A stretch of 63,925 nt of DNA, the filler included, from Octopus bimaculoides (taxonomy: Eukaryota): the NCBI RefSeq assembly GCF_001194135.2. It is 6 parts of 5 records of this genome, joined end to end, with 100 filler letters (N's around TTAATTAATTAA, not from the genome) between each part and the next. Parts side by side here need not be neighbours in the genome. Positions count along the whole stretch, not along the records: positions 1 to 25,918 come from NC_068984.1; 5 more parts are not named here. The stretch is one strand, 5' to 3'. Shown piece after piece: positions 12,288-24,759 of the stretch. The position numbers were made by a program, and so were the translations under genes. The notes beneath the pieces were generated by a model. The model ran no database searches. It worked only from the letters and a program-made list of their open reading frames with translations, and was not told the origin of the DNA. How positions within the stretch are numbered: position 1 is the first letter of the stretch; each line of letters starts with the position of its first letter.

Positions 12288-12892
12288 AGTCTCTGCAGCA
12301 AATCAAAACCAACTGTATTTCACAAATTAAACTTAACCTAATTAACCCATTATTTTGTTTGCTTTTTCATCTATCGCTCTGCTTTGGTCACCCCATTATC
12401 GCCCTACTTTTTCAATGCCCCTACTAGATCTTCCCATTGCCTCCAGAGAGGTAGTACCACCCACTTTGGGAACCACTGCTCTACACTCTCTGACAAAGGG
12501 AAACAACCTGAATTATTAGATTCTTTAGAATGGAATAATTTGGAATGACTTTTATGACAGATGATTTGTCATGGCTGACTGAACATTCAGCTTGGATGAG
12601 AGAGCGAGAGAAGAGCAAAAACATTAAAATGCCTGATGTCAAATGAGTTAGTTTCAAATCAGTGATGCCAAATAATGCAAATACCATCAAATGATGGATG
12701 TGGCAACATACTACAATGGTGCATACTCCCATATCTGACTTGACCTGACCAGAATAACTTGGGACTTGAAAAACAAATGCTTTATTATTACTCAGTACGT
12801 ATGAAACAAGGGCTAACTAAAAGTTTGAAAATAAGCATGGACTTTTAGGACCAACTTATGCAAATGCTTTGGACAATGAGTTAATCATGATA

Positions 12893-13138
12893 AAGTTCAG
12901 TCAACTATTCTTTTTGGCTTCAATTGTAAAACTTAACGATGGTGGTATTGATTTAGACAATGACAATTGTGGTACTCAATGATGCTGATGATAATTGGTC
13001 TTTTATGATAATGATAATAATTTTTGAAAGAAATTACACCTCTCTCATTTTACACCTTTATTTAATTTTCCCTAATTTTGTTGCTTTGCCTACGTTAGAA
13101 ATGATTCATGCAGTTTTAGAAACATGGCAAAGGTTAAC
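12893..13138 (+). repeat. local duplication, copy 1
   Basis: Aligns by eye with 14752-15010 (TTCAGTCAACTATTCTT.TTGGCTTCAATTGTAAAACTTA ... CATGCAGTTTTAGAAACATG..CAAAGGTTAAC). Confidence 0.85.
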
Positions 13139-13534
13139 GACGGTTGTTGTTATGGATAAAGTTACTCTAATGAAGTCTTCATTATTTTCATAAATGAATT
13201 GAAATGAGGAGAAAGTATTTCAACATAAATATTGTAACAAAAGCATTAATCCTGCTTCAAACATCATCTGTAGCACTGGTAGCACTATAAAATATATCCA
13301 GTTCAAGATGATTAGGAAGAGCATCCAGCTTTAAAAATCATGAAAAATAAAAGAAATCATAACCTACACAACAGCAAAGATTGTCAGTTTTGTCTGCTGC
13401 CAATGTGTTATCTGAGGATGAATGACTGAACTGTGGGAACAGGTGGAATGCTCTTGTCAAACAGACTTATCTAACCCATGCCAGTATGGAAAAACAGATG
13501 TAAACATGTATCTGTGTTTAAGAAACTCATTTTG

Positions 13535-13659
13535 GAAGTATGTAGTTTTGAGTTCAAGCCTACTGATTGACATTATAATCAAGTATCTTCTGCTATAACC
13601 CTGAGCCAACAAATGCCTGAGTGAGTGGATTTGTTTGGCAGAACCTGTGTAGCAGTCTG

Positions 13660-13699
<40 letters not shown>

Positions 13700-13925
13700 C
13701 TCTCCTTGCCTTAATGTCACATGATAGTTGTGAGTATTATTGTCATGCAAGTTGTGTCCCTCTTGTGAAAACATATCTGGTCATGGGGAATATTACCTTA
13801 CTTGGAAATAGGTGAGGGTTGGTGACAGGAAGGGCATCTAGCTGTAGAAAATCTGCCTCAACAAATTTCATCTGACAATCCAAACAGAGAAAAGTAGAAG
13901 ACATTAAATGAAATGACAATGATGA
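13535..13925 (+). mobile_element. SINE with A-like 5' modules and D-type core and tail
   Basis: CTATAACCCTGAG, GAGTGGATTTG, (TG)n, then GGTTGGTGACAGGAAGGGCATCTAGCTGTAGAAA and a GAT-type tail. Confidence 0.7.
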
Positions 13926-13949
13926 TAAATTGACCTTCAGTACTTATTT

Positions 13950-14250
13950 TTTCAAGATTCATACCAATTCAGTTGATCTCTTTTACTGAACCACTAAGTT
14001 GTGGAGAAATATAAAAACCAACACCTTTTGTCGGACACATACAGATATATGTATGTACACACATACACAGGCGTGCGTGCACACACATATACATACATGA
14101 TAGGGTTCTTTTAATTTTTATGTATCAGATTCATTCACAAGGCTTTGGTCAGCTTAGGGCTATGACGAAAGACACCGAAGGTGCCTCACAATGGGACTGA
14201 ACCCAGGACCATGTGGTTGGGAAGTAAACTTCTTACCACACAGGTATACC
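13950..14250 (-). mobile_element. SINE family A copy
   Basis: GAACCACTAAG, CACAAGGCTTTGGTCAG, GGGACTGAACCCAGGACCATGTGGTTGGGAAG. Confidence 0.75.
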
Positions 14251-14751
14251 TGCATCTGATTTGTTTGACTGAAGCCATTCAAGATGCTGCCCAGCATGGC
14301 TGCAGTCCAATGACTGAAACAAATAAAAGACAACAGTTGAGACGATGATGGTGATAGTGGTGGTGGTGGTGGTGGTGAAGAAGATGATGATGGTGATAAT
14401 AATCTAGACTGATTATCTACCTAAAGAAAACTTAGAGAGATAGCATCAGTATTCTTCCCCCTTTCCTTTCTTCGCTATTCACCATCTTACAAATACATAT
14501 CAAAAGCTTTACTTTAGATTGGTTTCAGAAAACTTCACAAATTCTTAGCAATTTTTGTAATAGACACTTTGTAAATTCACTTTCATCTCTCCCCAACACT
14601 TCCAACTTTCCAATGTTTCTCTCTCATCATCATCACCACCACCACTACCACTTTTACCACCACCATTATCACATAACTGAATTATCTCTAAATGTTTCAT
14701 CATAATTACATGAACTAACATATGCAGTTCACATTCAAATACTAAATTCTA

Positions 14752-15010
14752 TGTTCAGTCAACTATTCTTATTGGCTTCAATTGTAAAACTTACAATGAT
14801 GGCAATGATGTTGACAATAACAACAGTGACGGTGATGGTGACGCCTGGTGACGCTGCACTGATGATAATTATTCTTTTATGATTGTGATAATAATTTTTT
14901 AAAGAAATTATATCTCTATCATTTTACATCTTTATTTAATTTTCTCCAATCGTGTTGTCTTGCCTACGCTAGAAATAACTCATGCAGTTTTAGAAACATG
15001 CAAAGGTTAA
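14752..15010 (+). repeat. local duplication, copy 2
   Basis: See 12893-13138. Confidence 0.85.
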
Positions 15011-15569
15011 CATATTATTATTGTTGTTGTTGTTAATGTTTACCTCCTGTTCAATCTTGATTGACCACATGTATGATCAAAGCCATTCCAACCATGACTA
15101 TCACATTTATTTTCATATCAGTGAATGCGCTGTCCAATGTATCCTTCTTTATTTAAAATGGTAGAGTATGTTTTGAGAAAGAAGGGGTGATTTAGCTACT
15201 ATTTCTAGTACATGGTGTGACTACATAGAAGCCACCCTCATTGATTTAAAACTAGTAATAAAGAATAACCTGCATATGTTCTTCATAAATAATGGTGTAA
15301 TAGACAAACCAAGGAGAACAGTCTGTTATTGACAAACTAACACAAAAAAATGTCTCCTATTCCAAGACTTCTTTGAACTATAATTTCAAAGAGAAAGAGG
15401 AAAGAGCAACAAAGCAAAAGAAACAAAGAGAAAATGGTTTTGGTTGTTTGGCGCTGAAAATATAATTGTTTTCTGTACAAGAGTTTTTTTGGAGTTAATT
15501 TACATATTTATGTCACTTCTTATTAATTTACTTTACTTGTTCATTTAGATTTTACTGTTTATTTTAGAT

Positions 15570-16100
15570 TTCATCATCATCATCATCATCATCATTGTTT
15601 AACGTCCATTTCCCACGCTGGCATGGGTTGGACAGTTTGATCTGAGCTGGCCTGGCCAAGAGCTGTCAACCACTTTACAGAGTGTGCTGGGTGCTTTCTA
15701 CATTCTACCAGCATGAGTGCATTTTATGTGGTGCTGGCATGAGTGCATCTTGCAATGGCACCGGAATAATTGCATTTCACATTGCAGTGGCACAATTGAA
15801 TTTTACATGGTACTGGCACCATTGCATTTTACATAGTACTGGCACAAGTGCATCTTACATGGGCACTAACACAAGTGTATTTCATGTGGAAGTGGCACAA
15901 GTTCATTTGAATGGCACTGACCCAGTTGCATTTAATATGGTACTGGCATGAGTGCATCTTGCATAGCACTGACACAAGTGCATTTCACATTGCGGTGGCA
16001 CAAATGCATTTTACACAGCACCAGCACAACTGTACTAGCACTTCACATGGTACTCGCATGAGTGCATTTTACATGGTACCATGGTACCAGTACCTGTAAG
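15570..16100 (-). mobile_element. SINE family D with an internal ~26-bp tandem expansion
   Basis: (CAT)n tail plus TTTAACGTCC..CATGGGTTGGACAGTTTGA, then a degenerate GTGCATTTTACATGGTACTGGCACAA-like array at about 15700-16085. Confidence 0.75.
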
Positions 16101-16572
16101 ATAAGGACCTCTCGGCTGGGTGAGGAGTGAAAGAATGGCCATAAAAGACATGCCTGTATGCATGGATGGCCACAGAAAATGTATTTTTATAGGTGGTACA
16201 GACATGGCTGCATGATTAAGAGGCTCACTTTCTAGTCATGTATTATAAAGTTCAGTCTAATTGCATGGCTCCTTGGGCAAGTCACTTCTATTATAAACCA
16301 GCCCCTGCACTAGCCAATGCCTTGTGAGTAAATTTGGTAGATGGAAACTATGTACAAACTCATCATATATACACACATACAGACACATGCACATGTGCTT
16401 TATGTTAATGTTCTGATAAAGCTATTTGTTGCACTGCCACTCAATACAAGGGAGACAGTTCCTTATAGCTGAAACAGTTGCAAGCTAATGATGGTGATAA
16501 TGTAACTCGCATTCATTTGTTATCCATTTATTAATACCTACATACACATGTTTATATAGATAGATAGCTATT

Positions 16573-16620
<48 letters not shown>

Positions 16621-16630
16621 NNNNNNNNNN

Positions 16631-16682
<52 letters not shown>

Positions 16683-16686
<4 letters not shown>

Positions 16687-17160
16687 GGGTATGGGATGTC
16701 ACTGACAGTAAACAACATGGAATATGAAAACAAAAGAGTTCAATACACAATCAACGAGAGTAACAAATAGAAAATAGGACAAGTAACATAAAGAACGACC
16801 TTTCATCAGTTGTCGGCTGTCTATCTACAACTCATTTCGAGCATTGAACGACGATATGAGTCTTTGAAGACAGTTGCTTCTACAAGTACCAAAATAAAAT
16901 TTGTGATTTATGGAAGGTCAAAGTTGGGAATAAAAATAGGACAGGGGAGACATACAAGGAAACTAAAAGAAAACAAACATGGGGGGTCGTTAGACCAAAA
17001 CGAGGGTAAAATAGCGAACACTGGAGAAATGCTTTCTTTGACAAGAGAAAATATAGTAGAGATACAGGACACATCTGGTCATTCTTTACGTTACTTGTCC
17101 TGTCTTTCATTTGTTTCTCTTGTTGTTTGTGTATTGACCTCTTTTGTTTTCATCACATAT
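16683..17160. mobile_element. non-autonomous (TA)n-anchored element with 77-bp inverted repeats, probably Penelope-like-derived
   Basis: Arms 16724-16800 and 17077-17153; homologous to 39790-39960 and, in reverse, to 47165-47450; the Penelope link is inference. Confidence 0.6.
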
Positions 17161-17527
17161 GAGCAACGATAGAGAGGGAGTGAAGGAGAAAGAGGAGTAG
17201 AGAGAGAGAGAGAGAGAGAGAGCGCTAAAAAACAGCGAAGGCCCCCTTTTTTCTGTTTTCTTTTTTTTCTCTTCCTGTTTTTGATTTGACCTTACAAACA
17301 CATTCCCAATTTCTAAGTCACTCCAAAAAAAACCCCTCAATTGAATATAAACACCATTGGAGCTCACACACAAGGTACAGGAAACTTTCATATACATCAT
17401 TCTGCTTAAATAATAGAACTGCGAATACAATATCCTTATGTATCTCAATTCTATTTTCATCCCTTCACTTCCCGCTTTATTTCATATCTTCTCTACAATA
17501 ACTATTACTTAAACACTTTCTCACACC

Positions 17528-17575
17528 GTCTCTGATGAAGGGATATATAGAATATCCCAGAAACAGCTGTAAGAC
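17528..17575 (+). ncRNA. minimal type I hammerhead ribozyme motif (Penelope-associated type)
   Basis: GUCU-CUGAUGA-A-GGGAUAU(AUAGA)AUAUCCC-A-GAAA-CAGCUG-UA/AGAC: stem I GUCU/AGAC, 7-bp stem II, palindromic stem III, GUA cleavage triplet; one A.A mismatch at the base of stem II. Confidence 0.7.
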
Positions 17576-17739
17576 CATCTCTTTATAAATGTTCTGAAAA
17601 CTATTCACAGCCTTGGATATTTTATCCCGTTTTGTTAATTATTATATATATATAAATATATATACATATTATTATTATATATGCATATACTATTTATATT
17701 ATTATTTGATTGAATGCCACACATCTATTTCCAAGTAAG

Positions 17740-17786
<47 letters not shown>

Positions 17787-18129
17787 CTGTTTAATCATTA
17801 ACTCTGGGGAAAAAAAGAGAAAGAGAATATTTTATTTTATTTTATTTGGGTCGAGTCTGAATTTACCTGCAGGCACACATCAAGCAAGTTGTCACAACTA
17901 GCCTACAGATGAGACTCACTGTAGCAAGAGACCAGCTCAATAAAAATAATGAATTTTCCCTTCCTGTTCCTTTTCTAAAGAGCTATGCTCGAAATGTATG
18001 CTCTAAATGTAAAAAACCCACTCTTTTCCCACCTTTGCTGAGTGTCAAGCTAATGTATTCCATATATACATCCTTTTGGTGTCTTATTTGCTATCTTTAA
18101 TGTTCAGATTACAGTATTTGAATTCACTA

Positions 18130-18269
18130 TATATATGTAGAGAAATATTAACTTGCTGGAAACAGTTGAATGTTGGTGACAGGAGGGTATCCAGCTGTAA
18201 AAAATCTGCTTCAATAAATTCTGTCTGTCCAGGGAAAGCATGGAAAAATGGACATTAAATAATGATGAT

Positions 18270-18270
<1 letters not shown>
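18130..18270 (+). mobile_element. SINE family D 3' fragment
   Basis: GTTGGTGACAGGAGGGTATCCAGCTGTAAAAAATCTG..GCATGGAAAAATGGACATTAAA plus a GAT-type tail. Confidence 0.7.
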
Positions 18271-18357
<87 letters not shown>

Positions 18358-18379
18358 NNNNNNNNNNNNNNNNNNNNNN

Positions 18380-18436
<57 letters not shown>

Positions 18437-19099
18437 CAGATGTATAGTGCTAATGTGCTACAAATTACCAGAGAAAGTTGAGGCTGAAATAATCTTTTTG
18501 CTAAACTCTTGCAGTGGAATGATGCTATCAATTGAGCATCATAAACAGTTTAAAAGAACAACAAAATGAATAGTTGAGATTTCAGATATATCATTATAAT
18601 CATTTCAGTAGTTGATTATCCATAATTGATCATTATTACATGTTAAATTAATCATCGATCATATCTTCAGATGCTACGTTGAAATATTTCAGTATGTCAT
18701 CTGAAAATACAGTTGATGATCAATTTAATATGTAACAATTATTAATTATTGATTATCAGCTACTGAAACGATCATAATGAAGTATCAGGAATCTCAAGTG
18801 TTTGTTTTCTGTTGGTTCTTTTGAAATGTATATATATATACAGTGAGTAGATAGGGATACTATTTCCTGGCTGGTAACATTCAAGCACTTTATTATAATC
18901 CAAGTTATGGCTGACTGCATTGAATGGCAAGGAACAACCTAGGACTATTTGAGATAGAACCATCCCAATGTATTTCATCTGATGGATAAATCCTGAGTTT
19001 GCTTCTTTGGATAATGAATAGTTTATGGAGTGTATATGCAACACTATTTAATGAATAAGGAGAATTATACATCTACACATTTTTTATTATTGCTCTTTA

Positions 19100-19323
19100 C
19101 TCTTTACTCTTTTACTCTTTTACTTTTTCAGTCGTTTGACTGTGGCCATGCTGGAGCACCACCTTTAGTCGAGCAAATCGACCCCAGGACTTATTCTTTG
19201 GAAGCCTAGTACTTATTCTATCGGTCACTTTTGCCGAACCGCTAAGTTACGATGTTGGGGAGACAAACAAAGACACACAAACATACACACACACATACAT
19301 ATACACACACATACATACACATA

Positions 19324-19354
<31 letters not shown>

Positions 19355-19535
19355 GTATGTATATATATATATATATATATACGACGGGCTTCTTTCAGTT
19401 TCCGTCTACCAAATCCACTCACAATGCTTTGGTTGGCCTGAGGCTATAGTAGAAGACACTTGCCCAAGGTGTCACGCAGTGGGACTGAACCCGGAACCAT
19501 GTGGTTGGTAAGCAAACTACTTACCACACCGCCAC
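19100..19535 (-). mobile_element. tRNA-derived SINE family A, near full length, well preserved
   Basis: All modules present and CpGs retained (GCCGAACCGCTAAG, ACGACGGGC, GAACCCGGAACC). Confidence 0.9.
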
Positions 19536-19799
19536 GTGGTTAATTATATAGCATATGTAATTTAAATCTGTCTGGCATATGTTTTGGCTGCATGGATAAC
19601 TTGCAATGTGGTTTTCATTCGTATCCAGTTTGTTCATGTGTTTAAGCTTTTAAAGCAGGTTTATGAAAGCCACATTGGGAGACATCCACGCAACAGTAGC
19701 ATATGTTGAACAAATTAAATTAAAAGACTTTGTTACTATTTGTCAACAACAAAGGATTGTTTCCCTTTGACCACAATCCGTAATTGACCCTGTTGGCTT

Positions 19800-20045
19800 G
19801 TGGGTCCCAGGATGTAAACAGTAATTTCCTGAAGTGCAAACAGGGTCAAAAAACTTCCGTCCTGGAGTTAAGGATGTTCCCCGGGTTCAGGGAGTCCTTT
19901 AGTATCCTCATCCATTCGGCTATGCACAGCTTACAATGCTTGGTCTCAGTGATGTAGGGACTTGGATTTTCTAGGATATTCCATGATATTATGTGTGGAG
20001 TTCTTTCATCTTTCAGCAACCATACATTGCTGACTAAGGGCATGT
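19800..20045 (-). mobile_element. Penelope-like element, C-terminal fragment downstream of the GIY-YIG core
   Basis: LVSNVWLLKD..IISWNILENPSPY..HCKLCIAEWMRIL..NILNSRTEVF*PCLHFRK matches the PLE terminal pattern LSxxIWxLK..WxI..CxLCxxE..LNxRxE..CxH. Confidence 0.75.
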
Positions 20046-20662
20046 TTAACTGTGTGTATATGTAAGTATTTATGTGTGTGTGTTCAGGTATATCTCTCAT
20101 CACTTCACAACTGGTACACATCTGTATATGTCCTTATAACTTGGTGGCTTGACACTAAAATAGAGATCAATAAACAAGTACCAAACTTATTTACAAGTGC
20201 TGAGGTTGAATTGATTCAACTTTTCAAAGGGCTGCTCCAGCATGGTCACAACTGAAAGAAGAATAAAGAATAAGGTTGTTACTTTCTTTTCATTGGTAGA
20301 ATTGTTATGTTAGAGTATCGGACAAATTCTCTATGGTTTTTGCATTCTGAGTTCAAATCTTACTGATGTCGACTTTACTTTTAATCTTTCTGAGGTTCAT
20401 AAATGAAGCATCAGTCAAATATAGGATCATTTCTTTTACTGGTGATAGCTCTGACTTTTTATGCTAAGTACAGAATATAGCCATTTATGCAGAGACAAAC
20501 TCACACATGTGCATACATACATGCATGCATACATACATACATACATACATACATAAATACATACATACATACATCTTTGTTGGAAACCAGCTCCCTCCTC
20601 AGCAGAAGATTTATAGTAATTAAAAAATAGAAGAGACATACATATCTACATACATGCATACA

Positions 20663-20870
20663 TACAAGGGATGCTGAAAAGTTCTTGGCCTTTGGTAAAA
20701 GAAAATATTGGAGGATCTGTTAATTATGATTTTGTTCAACATACTCCTCTCTCAGATTCACACACTTGTTGCAGCAGTCCTTCAGTTTTTCTAAGCCTTG
20801 TAATAGAACTCAGAAGGGTATTGCCATACCCTTAAAGCCAAGATCTTTTTAACCCCCCCCCCCCACTACA
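20663..20870. mobile_element. mariner-type MITE
   Basis: TA-CAAGGGATGCTGAAAAGTTCTTGGC left end; degenerate complementary right end AGCCAAGATCTTTTTAACCCCC. Confidence 0.6.
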
Positions 20871-22272
20871 TGCAAACATATAAATCCGTGACAGGCATTT
20901 TACAGTACCCACACATACATAGATATGCATGCATATCAATCTGTGACAGGCTTTGCACAGTTTCTGCCCACCAAATTCACTTGCCATGTACTGATCTGTC
21001 CAGGGCTATTGTGGAGACTTTTACTGAACTAAAAACCCACATGGTTGTGAAGTGAACATCTGAAACTTGTAGCCATGCCTGTACTTTATGGTTTCTCCCA
21101 ATTAAATGTTTGGATAAGTTCCGATGCCACTGGTAGAAGAATGGGTTCTGACATTTCAGGCAAGTCTCTTCAACTGAGAGGGAATAAGTTTTCTTCTTCC
21201 ATATTAAGATACTCTGCCAAACCATCAAACATCTCTTCTCTCTAGTACCATACAAATAATTTATTCAAAGCTCATAGACATTACTATACAGTTTTTGCTA
21301 ATTCAGATCATTTTCTCTTCTTAACATATCTTGGGAAGTATATATAAACTTTCAGCTAAACCACAACACACATATACACATGTATGTACACATGCAAAGC
21401 TGGCACATGTTCCCATACACACAAAAATAGATAGATATATATACACATAAAACCAAAAACATACAAAAACACACATCTACATGCTCTCAGACAGGCAACA
21501 CTTGTCCAGTCTTCAGACAGATCAGTTTTGGCAAGATTTTCAGACAATAAATCTCTGAGAAAAAGCTTCCGTCTCAAAAGCCAGGATTATTCTAAAATGG
21601 CAGGAGAGTGGGAAAAAAATAAAATACAATAAAATGAAATAAAATAAAATAAAAATGAATATACTATGAAAAAGTAAAAAAAAAATATATATATATATAT
21701 AACCTAATATATAGAAAAAGCAAGAAAATAAAAATTGCAACAATGGAAGTTAATTTGGGATGAAAATAAGATGAAAGAAAAAACAAAATTTAAATATGAA
21801 AATAGATTCATGATCATTGCTGTTGGTACAGTAGCTATGGTAGTGATTGTGAAGTACCATTTCCTTAACATATGTCAAAAGAACATTCTTCATTCATTTT
21901 AACTTTTCATTTCAATTTTTATTCCTGTTTTTTTTTGTTTCTAAATTTTCATTTACATCCTAAAATTTATATTAATATATTATTATGAAATTGCTTCTGT
22001 TGCATCTCTATTTCCATGTATGCCTACATGTGTGTGTGTGTGCCTGTGTGTGTGCGTGTGCATGTGTATCAATCATTTGATGAGACAGTTAACAATTCTC
22101 ACTCACAAGTTCTATCATTAGTACTTAAAAATAAAAGAAATAAAGCAACAAAAACATATTTTAGCCATCTTTGCTAACCTACAGCTAAAGGAAGCTATTC
22201 TCTGTAAAATAATTGTAAAACTATTGCTTGGAATATGTCATTTTTGAATACCAAAAAGCCAGGGTTTCATAA

Positions 22273-22319
<47 letters not shown>

Positions 22320-22568
22320 TTATGAGGCAAACTACTAATACTGAGGCAGACTGTTCAGGGTCATTCAGCTTGCTAGAAATAGTAGACAAATCTCCTGCAA
22401 ATCGAACAATGTTGCCTTGGAAAAAGAAAAGTAAGGAAGGACACATTGAATAATGTTGTCCTGTGGCTGGAAATGATAAAAACAAGATGGTCATGGTTGG
22501 AATCGCTTTGGTCATAGGTCCCTTTTGTCAAGGCTAACTTGGGCTAAACCACTCTTACTACTACTATA

Positions 22569-22623
<55 letters not shown>

Positions 22624-22625
<2 letters not shown>

Positions 22626-22720
22626 CCTTTCTGCTATAGGCAGAAGGCCTGAAATTTTGGGAGATGGGGCCAGTCAATTAGATTGACCCCAGTATGCAAA
22701 GGGATGAAAGCAAAGTCTGC
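22624..22720 (-). mobile_element. SINE family C 3' fragment with (ATT)n tail at 22569-22625
   Basis: TCCTTTCTGCTATAGGCAGAAGGCCTGAAATTTTGGG..GATTGACCCCAGT. Confidence 0.8.
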
Positions 22721-22880
22721 AGAAGCAAAAATTCAAAATATGAAGGAGAAAGTCCTGCATTCCTTTTTCGATAAAATGACGTCATCAGTTTTCACTTTTG
22801 CCTAAATTGGTAACAAGGAAAAAGAAAAAAACAGGAAAGAGAATATTTAGTCAGACATTTTTGTGTAAATGTGATAAAAC

Positions 22881-23290
22881 TTACTTATTCTTTTTATTCA
22901 TTCCTCCAGGGTGTAACTTTAACAATTCACAAATATATTTGTTCTCATGCATTTTGAGGACTGAAAGTGTAGTAGAGTCAAAATATTTTCTGAGAATATG
23001 TGCTTTTAAGTCTTTTTCAAAATTGCAGCTGTTTGATGTAAAATGTTCAACAAGTTCCATCAAACTACTGCTATTGTGCCTGATGTCATACCTGTACCCA
23101 TTGAATCTTTTGTTTAATTGTTTTGTACAACCAACATAAAACAAGTTGTGTTTGATGCATTCTTCTGCATATACTACCTTTTGTAACATTTCTGTTATGA
23201 TTTGTGATGGAATTGACTTGATACATGTTGTACAATGTAAAGGACTTACCTCCCCTGTGGCTGTTTTTCAAGGTGCAGTGTTCAGAAACT
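22881..23290 (-). mobile_element. Penelope-like GIY-YIG endonuclease fragment, frameshifted
   Basis: VVYAEECIKHNLFYVGCTKQLNKRFNGYRYDI..LVEHF..ENKYICELLKLHPGGMN fits VY..C..C..YVG.T..L..RFNGH..HF..E..I..L....P.G.N. Confidence 0.8.
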
Positions 23291-23711
23291 CTAATGGCAG
23301 TATTTTAGTGTGTAAAGGTAGTGGTTAATGACTCTCTCATACGTTTGTGTCTAAAGGCTACAATAGGCAGCTGCGGAAATATTTGTTTGAAATGAGGATT
23401 TTTTCTGCAATTTGCTAGTAACTTTCATGCAACATTTTTGAAATGCCAACAAAATTTCAGTGCCAGTTAATCACTAAAAGAATTCAATCACAAAGTTTAC
23501 TTTGGCTACTAAACTTTTGCATGAAAGTTTGTCTTCCCTTGCTAATTTTAGCTATGTCATTTGCAATTTCCTTCAATCATGATTTAATGTAACTGAAGCA
23601 TTTTCTCTGGCATGCAAATGATTCTGCCAACTTGCTGCCATCAGTACTACTACTACTTCTACTAGTAGTAGTAGTAGTAATAATAATAATAAGAAGAAGA
23701 AACATAATAAT

Positions 23712-23850
23712 GGTTTCAGAATTAGGCACAAGACCATCAATTTTGAGGGGAATGGGATATGTTAATTACATCAACCCCGGCACTTGTCTGGTACTTTACT
23801 TTATTGCCCCGAAAGACAAAGTTGACCTCAGCTGGATTTGAACCTATAGT
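23712..23850 (-). mobile_element. SINE family C copy
   Basis: GGCACAAGACC..AATTTTGAGGGG..CCCCGAAAG..AAAGTTGACCTCAGCTGGATTTGAAC. Confidence 0.75.
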
Positions 23851-24366
23851 TAAAGAGGCGGAAAAAAAGATACTGCAAATCATTTTGTCTGATGTTCTGA
23901 ATGACCGCCTGTCAAATAGAGCAAAAGTAAAAAACAATTCAAGTAACAGCTTGTAAGAATATGTATCAGGAACAAAACGAAAACTTGTTTACATGTTTTA
24001 CATATAAACATTTGTTAATATTAAGTGATATATTTTTCCACATGTAGCCATAAAAATATTTTTTTTATATATGCAGCTATGTGCAATATACTTGTAATAA
24101 GTGTGTATTGATCTGCTCTATAATTCTATTGATCACAGGAATGTACTTGATTGAGAAGACGGTAAGCCATCTTCTGTTAAACACTGACAATGAATGCTTG
24201 TAACATGCAGGAAAATAAGGGGGTGGAAAATGGGAATAGGTGAGGAGTTGGTGACTGAAATGGAATTCAATCATAGAAAATCTACCTCAACGAATTCTAT
24301 CTGAACCAGGCAACTATGCAAAAGTGGATATTACAGCAATGAGGATGGTATGTGTGTGTGTGTGTA

Positions 24367-24423
<57 letters not shown>

Positions 24424-24745
24424 AAATGTCTTCTACTGTGGTCTCGGGCTGATCAAAGCCTTGTGAATGGATTTTGTAGACAGAAACTGAAAAAAGCCTG
24501 TCATATATATATATATGTGTGTGTGTATGTGTTTGCCTGTCTGTGTTTGTCCCACCAACATCGCTTAACAAACTGATGCTGGTGTGTTTACGTCCCTGTA
24601 ACATCGTGGTTCGGCAAAAGAGACTGACAGAATTAATACTAGGCTTACAAAGAATAAGTCCTGGGGTCGATTTGCTCAACTTAAGGCAGTGCTCCAGCAT
24701 GGCCACAGTCAAAAGACTGAAACAAGTAGAAGAATAAAAGAAAGA
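24424..24745 (+). mobile_element. SINE family A, 5'-truncated
   Basis: All internal and 3' modules present; preceded by a (TG)n array at 24351-24422. Confidence 0.85.
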
Positions 24746-24759
24746 ATGTATATATGGTT

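Noticed and set aside
15700-16085. CRISPR-like array
   Set aside because: Units are degenerate and contiguous with no unique spacers; eukaryotic SINE context
17860-18010. Minus-strand exon candidates with GT donors
   Set aside because: Frames from the better acceptors contain stops or lack a consistent partner site
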